A DNA stretch of 64,000 nt from Ptychomitrium polyphyllum (lineage: Eukaryota). The notes beneath the pieces were generated by a model, which worked only from the letters and a program-made list of their open reading frames with translations, ran no database searches and had not been told where the DNA came from. Where the stretch lies: assembly GCA_973851085.1 (NCBI GenBank), contig OZ316775.1, forward strand, positions 13,392,001-13,456,000, read 5' to 3'. The position numbers were made by a program, and so were the translations under genes. This document shows positions 28,001 to 41,080 of the stretch, piece by piece; positions within the stretch are counted from its first letter, which is position 1, and every line of letters starts with the position of its first letter.

Positions 28001-31000
28001 ATGATGGTCTCTCGCAATCGTGTTGTACAACATGAGGAGCGTAAGGATATGTGTCCCTTCGGAGGTCGTGTGTCGGGGTGGTGGAAGATGTATTTCATGG
28101 CTGACGTGTGCGGTTGACCGGGCACAGGTAGAGAAGACCGTGTTCGTGGTGTTCTTTGCCGGAGAGCGTGCGAAGACGAAGGTGGTGAAGATCTGCGAGG
28201 CTTTTGGGGCGAATCGGTATCCTTTTCCGGAGGATCCGAACAGGCAGTGGCAGATGAAGTCCGAGGTACAGATCGTACGAGTTGGCTTCTGCTTTCATGA
28301 TCGCCTGATCTCGGAAATGGTTGTGGAGTCGTGCGTTTTGAGACGCGTTGTTCAGTGTGGAGGTTTGTCTGGGCGCAGGTGGAGGCGAGGCTGGGCGAGC
28401 TGCAGAATACGCTGGATGCTGGTATTCATCACAGGGACAACGTTTTCAACAACATCGGCTACAACCTTGACCAGTGGACTGTCATGGTGAGGCACGCTTA
28501 TTATGACGATGGAAGCTCCGCAGCATCGATCCCGTACGGTCAGGCTGCTTTGGAGACGTAGTACAGGCAGAGAGGAGTTATAGGGTGTCAGATCTATGCG
28601 GGTTGAGCCGCATCTTGGAGGCTGACGGTTAATTTGGTGATGCAGGTGAGACGAGAGAAGGCGGTGTACCACACGCTGAACATGTTGAGCATCGATGTGA
28701 CACGCAAGTGCCTGGTCGCCGAGGGGTGGTGCCCTGTGTCCGCGAAGCCGAAGGTGAGACAATCATCCGTTGTCGTCACTGCATGGTCGTGACAGTTTGA
28801 CAGGAAGGAGTTGTTAATCTGGTGCTTTGCACGTGTACTGATGTGCAAGTGGTCGGGTGATGTCGGTTTTGGGAGTGCAGATCCAGGACGCTCTCCAGAG
28901 AGCGGCGTATGACAGCAACTCTCAGGTGAACACGATCTTCCAAGTCCTCCACACGAAGGAGTCTCCGCCGAGTTATTTTGAGACGAACAAATTCACGAAC
29001 GCATTCCAGGAAATCGTGGAAGCTTACGGGTGAGTGTTGGCGAACCGGTGTGGCGTGAACACGTGGAGAGGCCGTGAGCGGTGATGGACAACGCGGGTCG
29101 GCGAGGGAATGTGGGAGCGGTCGGGGTCGGTATCCGGACACTGTGCTGACGAGGCGTGGTTGTGAATGTGTAGGGTGGGACGGTACCAGGAGGCGAATCC
29201 CGGATGCTTCACGATTGTGACATTCCCGTTTCTGTTTGCCGTGATGTTCGGTGATTGGGGCCACGGGATCTGTCTGCTTTTGGGAGCTCTGTACCTGGTG
29301 TTGAACGAGAAGAAACTTGGGAAGCAGGTGACTTTCTGGAACGGAGATGCATTGTTGCATCTGGTAGAGTGAGCGGTTTGGGAATGTGTGGGAGGTGCGT
29401 GTTTGAGCGCAGTTGATGCAGAATCATAGATTGTCGAGAGTGGAGGTGTGCGTGTGAGGTCGCTGGGATGAAACTAAACGTGGGGGATATTTGTGGTGCA
29501 GAAACTTGGCGATATCATGGAGATGGCATATGGAGGGCGGTACGTGATCCTTCTGATGGCCATCTTCTCGATCTACACCGGTTTCATATACAACGAGTTC
29601 TTCTCAGTTCCATTGGGCATATTTGGGGGGTCGGCATACCGGTGTCCGGACACTCAGTACTTCATTGAGAATTGCCCGTAAGCTCCCTCTTCGTCTGTGA
29701 GTTTGTGGTGCGTGTTTTTGGCGCTTTGTTTGAGAAGGTGAATAGCAGTGCCAGTGGCAGGGATCTGGAAGCCTTTGCGCACTGCAGGTGTTTCTGCGGT
29801 GGTGTGTTGTGTGTGATGGGCTCTTGCTGTGTGGATTTGGAGACATCCTGGCTCAGTCGATGTTGGTGGATTGCAGGACGGCGACGACCTCAGGAGTGGT
29901 GAAGTATACCCCCGAGCCTTATGCATTTGGAGTGGATCCTATCTGGCATGGATCACGTTCAGAGCTGCCGTTCACGAACTCGTTGAAGATGAAGATGTCG
30001 ATTCTGCTGGGGATCTCTCAGATGAACCTGGGCATTCTGCTGAGCTACTTCAATGCGAGATACTTCCGTAGTGCTCTGGATGTGTGGTAAGTATTAGCGA
30101 ATCCGTGTGAGACATTGTTTGCAAGGGGGGCGGGTTTGAGTGTGACGTAGGAGACGTGCCAGGCGTTGAGCGTTGAGTGCATACAGAGATGGCGGTTGAG
30201 GCCGCGTCCGGATTTTGGTGAGAGTGTGTAGAGACTGTTGCGCCGAGCGATACGTAGGTCAGTCGATGTTTTGTGGTGGTAGACGATTGTGGCATGATGC
30301 TGACAGGGGTTGCGGTGTGACGAGATGGGGTCAGGTACCAGTTCATTCCGCAGCTGCTGTTCCTGAACGCTTTGTTCGGGTATCTGTCGTTTCTGATCGT
30401 TCTGAAGTGGTGCCAAGGGAGCAAGCCCGATCTGTACCACGTGATGATCTACATGTTTCTGAGTCCCTTGGAGGATCTTGGGGAGAACCAGCTGTTCATG
30501 GGGCAGACCTATGTTCAGGTACGAATGCTGTAGGTTCTGTGGGTGATGGGGAACGGGACTCGTGCATGTTGAATCGTGGCATGGATTGTACCGGGAGTGT
30601 GTTGGATTTTGGGACTGGGGTTTCTGCGGAGGCCATTGCCTTGCTGGATGAACGCGTTGCTGTTGTTGATTAGGGCGACTGTTGTTTCAGATTGTGCTGC
30701 TTGTGGTGGCGCTGGTTGCTGTTCCGTGGATGCTATTTCCGAAGCCCCTGTTTTTGCGAAAGCAGCATATTCAGGTGCAAGCTGCTTCCCCTTTTTAGTG
30801 TGATTGGCTTGAGCGGGCCCTTTGAGTGTCGGAGTCTTGTTCACTTCCGCTGGAATCGTTTGCTGTCTGGGCCCCGGTTTATTTTAGTGCGCAGGCATGA
30901 GTTGGACATGCACAGACGTTAGGTGCTCGGTTGCAGAGTGGGTCCATGGCAAGATGTTTCGAGCCCCTGTGCACAGCAGGCGATGCCCCGGGGTCACGGA

Positions 31001-34000
31001 GGCTTCACTGACATATGCTCCTTGTCGAGGCGATTACGTGTCTGTGGAGGATGCAAATCTTGCTTGTGAAGCATGTACGCCTGTGGCGTGTTTGCGTTCT
31101 TTGAAGGCGTGGCTCGTGCGGATCTGCCGTGTTGAACTCCGAGTGGGGATTGGTGTGGCGAGGAAACTGAATGTTGGTTGTGGTGGGTGGAATGGGCAGA
31201 AAATGCAAGGGAGAACTTACGGAGTGTTGGGAGGGTCTGACACGGAATCAACCGACTTGGAGGTGGATGGCGAGCACGACGAAGAGGAGTTCGAGTTTGG
31301 CGAAGTGCTGGTGCACCAGATGATCCACACCATCGAGTTCGTGTTGGGCGCTGTGTCGAACACGGCGTCATATCTGCGACTGTGGGCACTGAGGTATGTG
31401 CCGCATCCATGGTGAATGGTGAATGGGATGCAAAAAGCAGCACGAGTTTCATGCAGAAGTCGTTGACGCTGGTTTTGAGGGTTTGGCCGTGTGCTGGTGG
31501 ATGGGTCCGATGCTGTTTACCGACTGATGTTGTCGTTCTGGTTTCGTGCCTTTTCCCTTGCAGTCTTGCACACGCGCAGCTTTCGGCGGTGTTCTACGAC
31601 CGGGTCCTCTTGTTCGCGTGGGGGTACGTCTCGTTTCCATGCTTGGGATGTTCTTGTGGGATGGTTTTGGTGTAGTGGCTTGCGCGGTGTGGGCATCAAT
31701 TTGGGGTTGTTTGTGGTGAGGGGGTTAGTTCAGGGCTGAGGTGAAGAAGCATGGGTGTGCTTTTGATAGAGAGGACTGCTGGAGACTGGGCTTAGATGGA
31801 ATCGCCGTGGCACACCTGAGAGAGTCAAAGGTGGCGACCGCCGAGATGCAGTCCAGGGAGGACGTCATGGAGGTTTGCCTGTTTGGGCACATCGCTATGC
31901 ATGCAGTCTGTGGATACGGGAGGCATGACTCGGTTGTTGCATGTGGCAGGTACTCGAATCCTGTAATCAGACTGATCGGTCTGATCGTGTTTGCGTTTGT
32001 GACGTTCGGCGTGTTGCTGCTGATGGAGACACTGAGTGCCTTCCTCCACGCGCTGCGTCTTCACTGGGTGGAGTTCCAGAACAAGTTTTACCAAGGGGAT
32101 GGCTACAAGTTTCATCCGTTTGCGTTCAAGACTCTGACGGAGGAGGACGATATGTAGATTAGATGTTGCACAGATGAATAGGATTCTTGCTTCCCCTCCT
32201 CGCCCCTTCGTTTAGATATCCTTCCAATTGTATCCATCGATTCAGAATAATCGTCTATATTGGGATAATTCTTCCACTCGCATCTCTGGGCTGAAGACGT
32301 GTGTGGGATTCTGAGGGTTATGATTTCTGAATTCTTATCTTGTAGAGTATATTGGGTTTTTGTGGGTTAATGTGCGTTTCTTGCCGAGGGAAACCTATCT
32401 TATGCAATTGCGAGGTGCTTGTCCTATATGATCGAAGTACGCTTTGCAGACGAGCACTATGTAACGGAAGCCTGACATGGTCAATATGGTGCAGTGTACA
32501 GTCGACCGGGGTGCCAAGTGCATGGAAGACAATGCACAAGCAACGAGCTGTTGCAATTTCGAACAAATGATTGAAATTTGATTCATGTTTAATTGAAATT
32601 GTGTTGTTAGAAATGAGTGTGGAATTGCTTTTGCTTGAATGCAGCGAGTATAGATTAAGTGGGGAAATGTCCACAAATCATAGAATAATGTACAAAGGGC
32701 AGCTTTGGTATATTGAAGAGGAAGGAACAGGAATGATTATCTTATTTGCTCCACCATATTTTACCATACTTATACTCCACCATACTTCTTGTAGATTCTT
32801 TCAAATAAATATCAACAACCGTGTTTACATTCCTTGCAGTAAGAACGTAAATGGCCAACATTAGTGAAAAAACAATATATTCAAATGCCTAAACACAATC
32901 CCTTTTTCTTCTCATATAAAAAGTTCTTAAAACAATTATGCTTCGAAATTTGTCATGCAAAGTGTTTTGTGAGATTTTTGGGATTTTAATTGTGGCCAGT
33001 CCTCCTTAATTTAATCCTATTTGCACCCAACTTTAATTTCATTAATCATCACCCACAAAGCTTAATCCTTTTTAAGGCAAAAGGCCATATTTTTGCTTCA
33101 AAAACACATTTTTCATTTTCATTTCATTTGAAGATGATATCATTTGTATTTTGAGTTTTAAAGGCATAAATGAATTTTGAGTAATAAGGAGAGCAATTAG
33201 CACTTTGGGTTTTTGGAATTGGTTTGTACCATTGGATTTGTTTCCTTGTAAGTTGGCTAGTATTGAATTGTGTTTTGGGCAAGGAACAATTGTCTTGTAT
33301 TGATTATGGAATATAGCATTTTCTTGGGAGTTACACACTATCAATTCAAATAACAAAGTTTTTGTGCTACAATACTTGCATGCTGGAAACTATAATTGTG
33401 GTTGAAAGGCAAGATATTATGGAGAATAACTTATGTTTAACCAACCAAATTTTGACAATAGTGAGAGAAAGAGAGCGTGTAAGAAGTTATGTTTTATAGC
33501 AAGTTTAGCTACAAATGTTGGTTGTTTTCTTTGAGTGTTATATTTTCTTGAGATGGAGATTTAGTTTTTGAATTTTGGAAGGGCAATGTTGGCAATTCCT
33601 CAATTTTAAAAGCTTGTATAAGCACAAGGTACGTAGAAGATGGAAAGTATTTAGTGAAGGCATTAGACTTGATGTTTGCAAGAAAATGCTTGATGCTTTT
33701 ATTGGTGCTTGTCATGTTTGTCAAAGATTACGAATTGAATTTCTTGTTGTATGATTTTGCTAGAGATTGAGTTTCTTGTGACATAATCAATTTGGTCGAG
33801 TGTAGTCTATAAAGTCTTGGATTGGAGTTAGAAGTAATGATTGAGATGGAATTTTCTTACTTCAAAAGTGAAGAGTACCAAGTAGAACAAGATGGACAAC
33901 AAATACCAATTTGAATGCTTCTTCTTTTGCCATTGCAAGAGCTCAACTAGAAAGAGTTTATTTAAAGCAAGAAGGTTAAGGAATTGTTTATCACATCAAA

Positions 34001-34100
34001 ATGCAAAGCAAAATCATCAATTAGTTTTAGTTTTGGATGTAAATTAAATTAGAGTAACCTTAATTTTGGTGATAGTGATGCCTCTACCACACGCACCTAT
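25066..34100. repeat. Right arm of the 9,035-bp inverted duplication
   Basis: Reverse complement of 14749-23783. Confidence 0.97.
25339..32157 (+). CDS. VHA-a: V-type proton ATPase subunit a, copy 2, 17 exons: 25339-25461, 26578-26622, 26792-27022, 27315-27434, 27598-27771, 28128-28265, 28379-28486, 28646-28753, 28881-29029, 29174-29327, 29502-29677, 29877-30086, 30335-30518, 30691-30774, 31200-31393, 31564-31623, 31950-32157
   Basis: Conserved motifs: [73 protein letters not shown] and LRLHWVEF. Introns are GT-AG. The start may be 25339 or 25348. Confidence 0.97.
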
Positions 34101-34662
34101 GTCGCTTGTTGTTTGTGTGGTCATACAGTAAAGCCATCAAACCTACTAGGCATGATAGTTTGTTGTTCTAGTTTTGTTAGTGAAGCTGTTGTGGAGGGTG
34201 CAAATCTGTATGGAAATTGATATGGCCTTGAAATCTGTTAGAAGAAATTGTTGAGTAACCGATGACGTAGTATGTAATTGTCCTTTGAGTGGAGTGTTAC
34301 TGTTTAGTGAGAATTTTTTAAGGTGAAGATTTGGAGGAAGTTGGGAAACGGAGATTGTTGAATATTTAGTCTACATCATAACATCTAAATAGAGGTTGAA
34401 GAAACAGTACAGTTCTATTCGACCAGCCTAACCAAACATGACATCGAAACAAAGTATAGCATACAAGCATTGAAGCTCCAGACCAGGAAGATTTAAAGTG
34501 GCGTACGTGCATGTGCCTCAAGGTGTTTATTTGGCCACTGATTTCACAAGGTCCTGAAATGATACAGAATTTAGCTACTTTTAGACATGATTTAATGGTT
34601 AGGGTCGAAGTAAAGGTTGATATATTGGCAAATTAGCCAAGTAGCTGGAACATTTCTCACCA

Positions 34663-37600
34663 TCAGTGGAATATCTGTGCTGAAGCATAATACTCGCTTT
34701 CTTTGAAAACTGGCCGCAAATCTTCAGCTGACATGAAATTGAGGGGAAAGTTTACAAGGTGACCTCGAATTGCTTCCAGCTGCTTATCTTGGAATCCAGG
34801 TATTGGTCGGTCATCCTTATCCAACGGCTCATGTGCGATGCCAAGATCGATGGTAGTATGACCCATCTTCTCCTTCCTTTGTGCTGCTGCCTGACGTAGG
34901 GCGGACCGTGAATGAATATTATCAGCAGGAATACATCCAAACATACCTTGATAAAGATCAGTGTTGCGCTGAGAAGTTGTCATCCACACCTTCTTATAAG
35001 TGGCATCTCCAACTGGATCCAGGACTTTTTCTACGTCTGAGGCGTCAATGCCCAAGTGCTCTGACCAAAGAGAAAGACGCAGTGAGTGAGAAAAGCGACC
35101 TGCTCGCCACGGTTTCCCATCCATCTTCGAATTCACAAACTCCTGATCCTCCAATATCACGCCCATCTCCGAGTCACGAGAGCCCAACAAGCTTCGATCA
35201 TTGATATTCGCCGAGCCAATTAGAACAAACCGGTCATCAACGATCATGAGCTTGCTATGCACATAGACCTGGCTCGTAGCGAGAGGACCATTCTCCAACC
35301 GGCCAAAGTTTCGAAGCCCGTGGAAAGAGACATAATCATTAGCTTTGGGCCCTAAAGAATCCTTAAGCCGTTGTAGTAACGACTGCCTACCACGACAAAT
35401 AGTTCGAAACTGCCAATGCATGATGAACCTGACCGAGGCTGCGCCAGAATCTTCAACCCCACCTTGAAAGCCAGGTAACAAAGGCATGACCACAATCACC
35501 CGGAAACACTGGCCTTCTGTATGTGCACGCATGATGCGCGCATACAACGCTTGAAGTACACGATTTTGGATAGTCTCGTCTCCATCCATGCCAGAGATGA
35601 AGAATTGGTTTTCGATGTAGACAAAGTGCTCTGCTCTTTGTATCAAGGAACAGTAGGCTGCATGGATGCTTCTCTCGTCCGGTTGTGTTGTGCCTGCAGA
35701 CCACTGACCAACACTGCGAATCACCTGGATCTTGCACTTGGATCGTGGACCGATATCACCCAACTCATCGATGTCAATGTCGGGATCTGAACCAGGCTCA
35801 ACTAGTCTCCACCAATCTGTTTGGCTCTCCTCTTTAAAACCGAGCTCTGAGACAATTGCCTTGTTATTGTTGAAACTGAAATTGTCATCCTCTTTTTCTT
35901 TGAAGGAGGAGCCCTTGGAGTCGGGGGTAAAAAACTCTGACGACATTGAATCACGCTCTCTAGTAGAGTCTGGACATGGCACCACTCTGCCACTGCTTCT
36001 CATAGGCTGAAGCCCGGAGAATTCTTTTAGAGTCCCACTTCCGTAGCCGTCAAAAGGAGTACCACTTCCACGGCTATCTAGTCCAGAGATGTCAAGCTCC
36101 TTGGGAATAAGCAGTGGGATACTAGCATATGACGCCAATTTTTCTGCGTCATTGGCCTGTTGCAGCGCAGCTTCCACCTCCACTTTCGCTTCTTCTTCCT
36201 CAAGTCCGGTGAGGTAATGAGGGATAACCATGTGTTGATGTGGTAATAAGATTGGAATGGTCTGCGTATTGGGAGCCTTGTTCCGCTTCGCAAAATTCCA
36301 CCTCTGAACAAAATGACGAGCTACGTCGCGGCATGCAGGACCCCAAATAGCACATTGAACATCATGCCACGGCATCCTGGGCAACTTGTTCCGATCTAAC
36401 TCATCCTTCATAGCATCTTCCCAGGAGTTTGGTTCAGACTCTCGTGGGTTGTAGTAATCTTTACCTGGCCAGATTGTAGGAGGCTTATCCCACACACGAT
36501 GACAAGGATCATCGTATCGCCCATAACATAAATCAAGTCCGCCCAAAAAACAGACGTGGTGGTCCACAATCACAAGCTTCTCGTGGTGCGACCAAAGATA
36601 GACCCCTGATGAGAAATGGTCTGGCCAGCGTAATACTTTGATGTTCTCATGTATTCCTTGTAACCTTCGTTTCGAGTAATTACTGTTAATTTTTAACGCC
36701 ATGGACACTTCTTTGTACAAGAGTACATAGATTTGAACTCCAGCCTTTGCCTTGCTTTCCAGCAAAACATCCAATCGAGAGGCTTCATGGAACCCGAAAG
36801 GTCTACGAAGATAGAGTTCCGGGCACAACCACCACCCTGTAAGAAAGATTTCTGACTGTGCGCTTTCGATGGCCATTGCAATTGCTTCAAACGCTGCTTT
36901 TCCATCTACAAACCATTGTGCGTCACTGCCATCAGCTGTAAGACCTCTTTGCGGGGCATAGGAACCAAATCGATGGGGAATGCACCATCCATCAGTAGGT
37001 TTCACAGCCGCATTGTTTACTGCGTCCACCCAATCGCGAGCACTGACCGCCCGGCTTGTGCGGAACGTCACTTCTCGATTACCACAGTTCACTTTAAACG
37101 AGAACTTTAGGGGGTTTCTTTCCTTTCCAAGCTCTGCCAAGGTGATTGGTTCCTGAAAAATCCCAACATAAGAAAACTGAGTACAACCGCATCCTATTTC
37201 AGCATTTAGGAAACAAGACCAGAAACCTGTACACAACCCCTTGTAACATCCAATCAAACGTTGAAGGCTAGCTACAAAACAAGCACTTCCTAAATTTTCA
37301 AAAACTGTCGGATCAGAAATCGCGTTTACATTGTGCATACCTCAGAGGAGCCCAATACATCAAACACAATGATGTCCAGAGGCTTTGCATGAAGAGGATC
37401 TGCAAGGAGGACTAAAAATCCCGGCTTGAGGACTGCCCAAACTTCTTGCCAATTCGTGTTGAAACAACACCAGCAAGACTCCCAGAAACGTGAACATGAG
37501 GATGAGCGTCCATCAGGGAGCCGAGGAAGATGCCTCGCCGTTACATAGCCTTCTTGCAGCTTTGGCCCATACTCCGGTGTAAAAGAGAGCCGACTAACCT

Positions 37601-38429
37601 CCAAAAACTTGCAAACCTCAATAGTATTAACAATGTCAAGGTTTTCCAAGAAGTGATTCAGGTAGTTTTGCATGGATGCCGTTGCTCGCTGAGAGATAAC
37701 GGGGAGGCGGCCGATCGCTGGACGTATGACTGGCAATGCAGCACTTGAAGGGATGTCTCTCTTCGCGCAATAGGTGCATTCTTGAGCACCATCTTGGTTT
37801 TCTTCATTTTGACATTCGTTGTGTGAAGAATCCTGCTGTCGTTCACGAGACAGATCACGAGATAGGCGGCGTTCACGAGTCAGGTAGGAGTGATCATGTG
37901 AATTATGGCGCCCGTGTGAGGAGCGGCGCTCGTATGATGTGTTCGAACGCAGAGTGGTGGATGTGGATGTAGAAGGATGCTCCTCTCCAAATCCAAGATT
38001 ATGGGCCCACTCTTTGATCTGCTCTTGCTTCTCTTGAATGTCTTCGAGCAATACACGTTTCTTCAAAGCCAAATGCAGGAACAGGAGCTGTGTCGCCTTC
38101 CTTTCGAGACGCCATGTAAACTGTTTATACTGTAGTTCAATGATGTACACAAGCTGGAAGGCTAGACTCTGATCGTTCCTCTCAGATCGAGAGACATCTA
38201 CCACTCTGGCAGTTGGCAGCTCTTTGAAGATTGGATCTTCCTGTTCCAGTGAAGGAGGGACATCTGACTCTATGGGACCCATAGGTAGCGGTACATACTG
38301 ATACTTGGTACCCAAATCTTCCTCATCCACTTCCTTTCCGTTATCCAGTTTTGCAAGCTTCGTCCTCCAAGAATTTGATCTGCAAAAGGTGCTGCAGTAA
38401 GAGACTGTCTTCAGCAACTTACTCATCAT
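34663..38429 (-). CDS. PLDZ: Phospholipase D zeta (PX-PH type PLD). Exons about 38429-37341 and 37152-34663, with one intron 37153-37340. Start codon uncertain.
   Basis: PX-like region (IFKELPTARVVDVSR, NTIEVCKFLEVSRLSF), PH-like region (WAVLKPGFL, KPLDIIVFD), two HKD motifs (SHHEKLVIVD, YVHSKLMIVDD), GSANINDRSLLGSRDSE and C-terminus ASAQIFH. Donor GAG|GTATGC and acceptor TTTTCAG|GAA are in phase 0. Confidence 0.95.
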
Positions 38430-39470
38430 ACATAAAACTAAACGGTCTCTAAAATACAATTGAAAACTAATGCTGGAATAAAACTAAAACCTGTCCTGAC
38501 GAAAGAACAAAGGCACTGTATATTTTCTAAGGAAGAACAAGCAAGTACTTCAGGTACTCAGCAGCATCTAAATAGCAAAAACGTCAAACCTTATGCTTCC
38601 CAAGTAGTCAAAAAATTTCGATAAGAAATCTCACCTTCACAATATCCACTTTAAACACCCACATTCACGAGAGTATATTCACAAATTTCTGAGGGTCTTT
38701 ACTGTCAATCACATTCCATCGGAAGTGAAAGACTAACGAAGGAGAATGAAAAGAACAGAGCTACATTAATTGTACCTGATTTACACAAAGTTTTCCACAC
38801 CGCACGCCTGATCAAACCATACAGTAACTTGATTTCAAGTATTCAAAGTCACGATCAGTTTCTCCAATTGCAAGCTGGAAATCATGAATCCAAGTCATTT
38901 ACAAATGCTGAAGGGTTTATTGTCTCCCAGTCTTATGATAAGCGGCGTGCCAAGAAATTAAATCTGCAAGCCAAGCACAAATTTTGATATCAGACTACTG
39001 AAACCTGGAAGACTTAGTATCTATAAGATAGAAGGTATGCGATAATACTACGGTACCCAAAAGCAGCCTGTGCATTCTGCGAGATTTACAACTACACCGA
39101 TCTACTTGCACAACCCTTCGTCAGTTCCTGTAGCACGTTTAAGAATTTCAGTCACTTCTAGTTCCTACTCGTGATTTCAACTCCAATTACACAGCCAGCC
39201 CAGTGACAAGAGAATCGTTCCCAATCCCTCCGTTTCGGGAGAAGATAACCTAAAACAGCTTCTACTACTCAAAGGTCTAGACACAATATCATGAGAATAG
39301 CCTATGCAGTAGGACGTGTCCCCGTAATTTGCCAGAGCAATCCAGAATTTCTAAAGGAAAAGTACTCTCCAATGTCATCCACACCACGTGTGTGCTTCGG
39401 AAACTCCTGAGGAAGCTCTACGTCGTTGACTATCATATGTATACTAACAATATTTTTACTGAGCAGCCTC

Positions 39471-39650
39471 GTACGAAAGGATCGGATCCAACCACTAAGA
39501 TCTCTAGAGAAGACAGCCACTACTCACATCTTTATACTGGAGCTGTCCAAGCTACGCCAAGTAGCTGATGGTATCGTGAGCCAATGCGGCAGGAATAATG
39601 AGCTGCACCAGGAATATCGCCTTCGACAGGAACAAAACCATGATCAACAT
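39471..39650 (-). pseudogene. VHA-a: Relic of VHA-a exon 1 (39650-39528) plus part of intron 1
   Basis: 123-bp gap-free match to VHA-a exon 1, 91/123 nt by hand count: [46 protein letters not shown] vs [50 protein letters not shown]>TAG stop at 39552-39554. Confidence 0.9.
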
Positions 39651-40470
39651 CTTTGACAACCCTGGCGAACAAACCGCATCGTCAATTCTCCTTCCTGCAA
39701 TCAAACCTCCACAAAGAACTCCCGTCGCAAGCGTATTCACTCAAAACCTACCGCAAATTCCTACACTAATAGTGATTCTGAGGTCGTAAACTGATTCAAA
39801 CCCCACAATTAGATGCCAGCTTTACCACTACCTTCTGATATTGGCCCAGAATCGGCAAATCCTGGGAGTCGGAAATTTCGTCTAAGCGTAGAGCCCATTC
39901 CTTTTGTCTTCAGCCCAAGAGAAGCGAAAACTTGGACTATTCGTGCAAATAAAATACTAATTTTCCACAATATTGCACAAAGGATCCTGAAAAAATTGTC
40001 ATCCCGTGTTTCTATACTAAGAAATAGTACCAGGATCGTGAACAAAGGTGGAAATTAACCTCGCACTCCATGCTGGTGTAAGAACAATATAACACAAGCA
40101 ATGCAATTCGCAGCAGCACTACCCAATGGCTTCTGACAACTTGATACAAGTAGAGGCGTATATAGCAAGCCTACATTAAACTTCGAGTTTCCACAGAAAA
40201 GAAAGCTTCAAAACCCACGACGAGCCTACAGTTCACCTAAGTTAGAAAGACGCTCTTGCTCCTGTAACGACTATAAACCACCCTATAACGACAAGTACAC
40301 GCTCAGGTTCTCCCTCATCAATAACAGAAATACCAAAGAAATTCAAGACCACCTCCAGCGAGCAATTCTTATCGTCTACGCGCACACCATCTCTTAGTAG
40401 CAATTCAATCAAACCAAAAGCGGCACATACTGCAACGACAAAAAAACCCGCTAAAGACACCACAACTTAC

Positions 40471-40950
40471 TTGATGTTCGATGCCATCCTCTTCCAAGTC
40501 CAAAGCTCCATGCAAATCCAATCCAAAGAGCCGTTCCTCCTCTGCTCCCAAACGCAACACCTCAAAAAACGAACCACCACCTCCCTAAGCAATCCCTTGA
40601 ACAGAATTCACTCTTCGAGAGAAGGCATTCAGACTAGCATGCATTATCTAAGCCCTGGATGCATCCTGAGTAGCACGGCACACCAGACTCTTAGTTCACG
40701 GCTGGTCTTCACTTTGCACCACCCAGCCCCCAATTGACCTCACAACCACGCCCAGCACAGCCCAGCACAGCATAGAAGAAGACCAGAGCCAGGTGCCAAA
40801 GGTGCCACCTTGACGAAGAGAATGAGAGCGAGTCAAAGAGGAGAGCCAGAGCGCCACAAGCGGATGGAAACAGAAGTGTGAAGGGAGTGACGGTGACGAG
40901 AGAGGAGGGGTGACGGCGTGAAGTGTTCCCGTGGCCCACCCGCCATCGCT
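40471..40950 (-). other. Putative non-coding first exon of the PLD transcript
   Basis: GC-rich and CT-rich leader-like sequence on the minus strand ending at a consensus donor CAA|GTAAGT (40470). Upstream limit approximate. Confidence 0.4.
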
Positions 40951-41080
40951 GCCCGCCCTCCTGGCGGCCTGGCTGCATGCCTGTGCGCCCTGCTGTTGCG
41001 GTTGCGGTTGCAGTTACAGTTGCATTTGTACTGCTGCGAGGGTGAGACCCCCAGTAGCCCCAGCCCCCGGTAAACTGGCC

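Noticed and set aside
16734..32115. Long antisense and alternative-frame ORFs within the VHA-a genes
   Set aside because: Shadow ORFs from GC-rich exons and introns. They are duplicated only because of the palindrome.
9625..38429. PEPCK + V-ATPase + PLD as a functional (CAM-like or vacuolar) gene cluster
   Set aside because: Adjacency of housekeeping genes in a plant genome is not evidence of co-regulation, and no shared motifs were seen.
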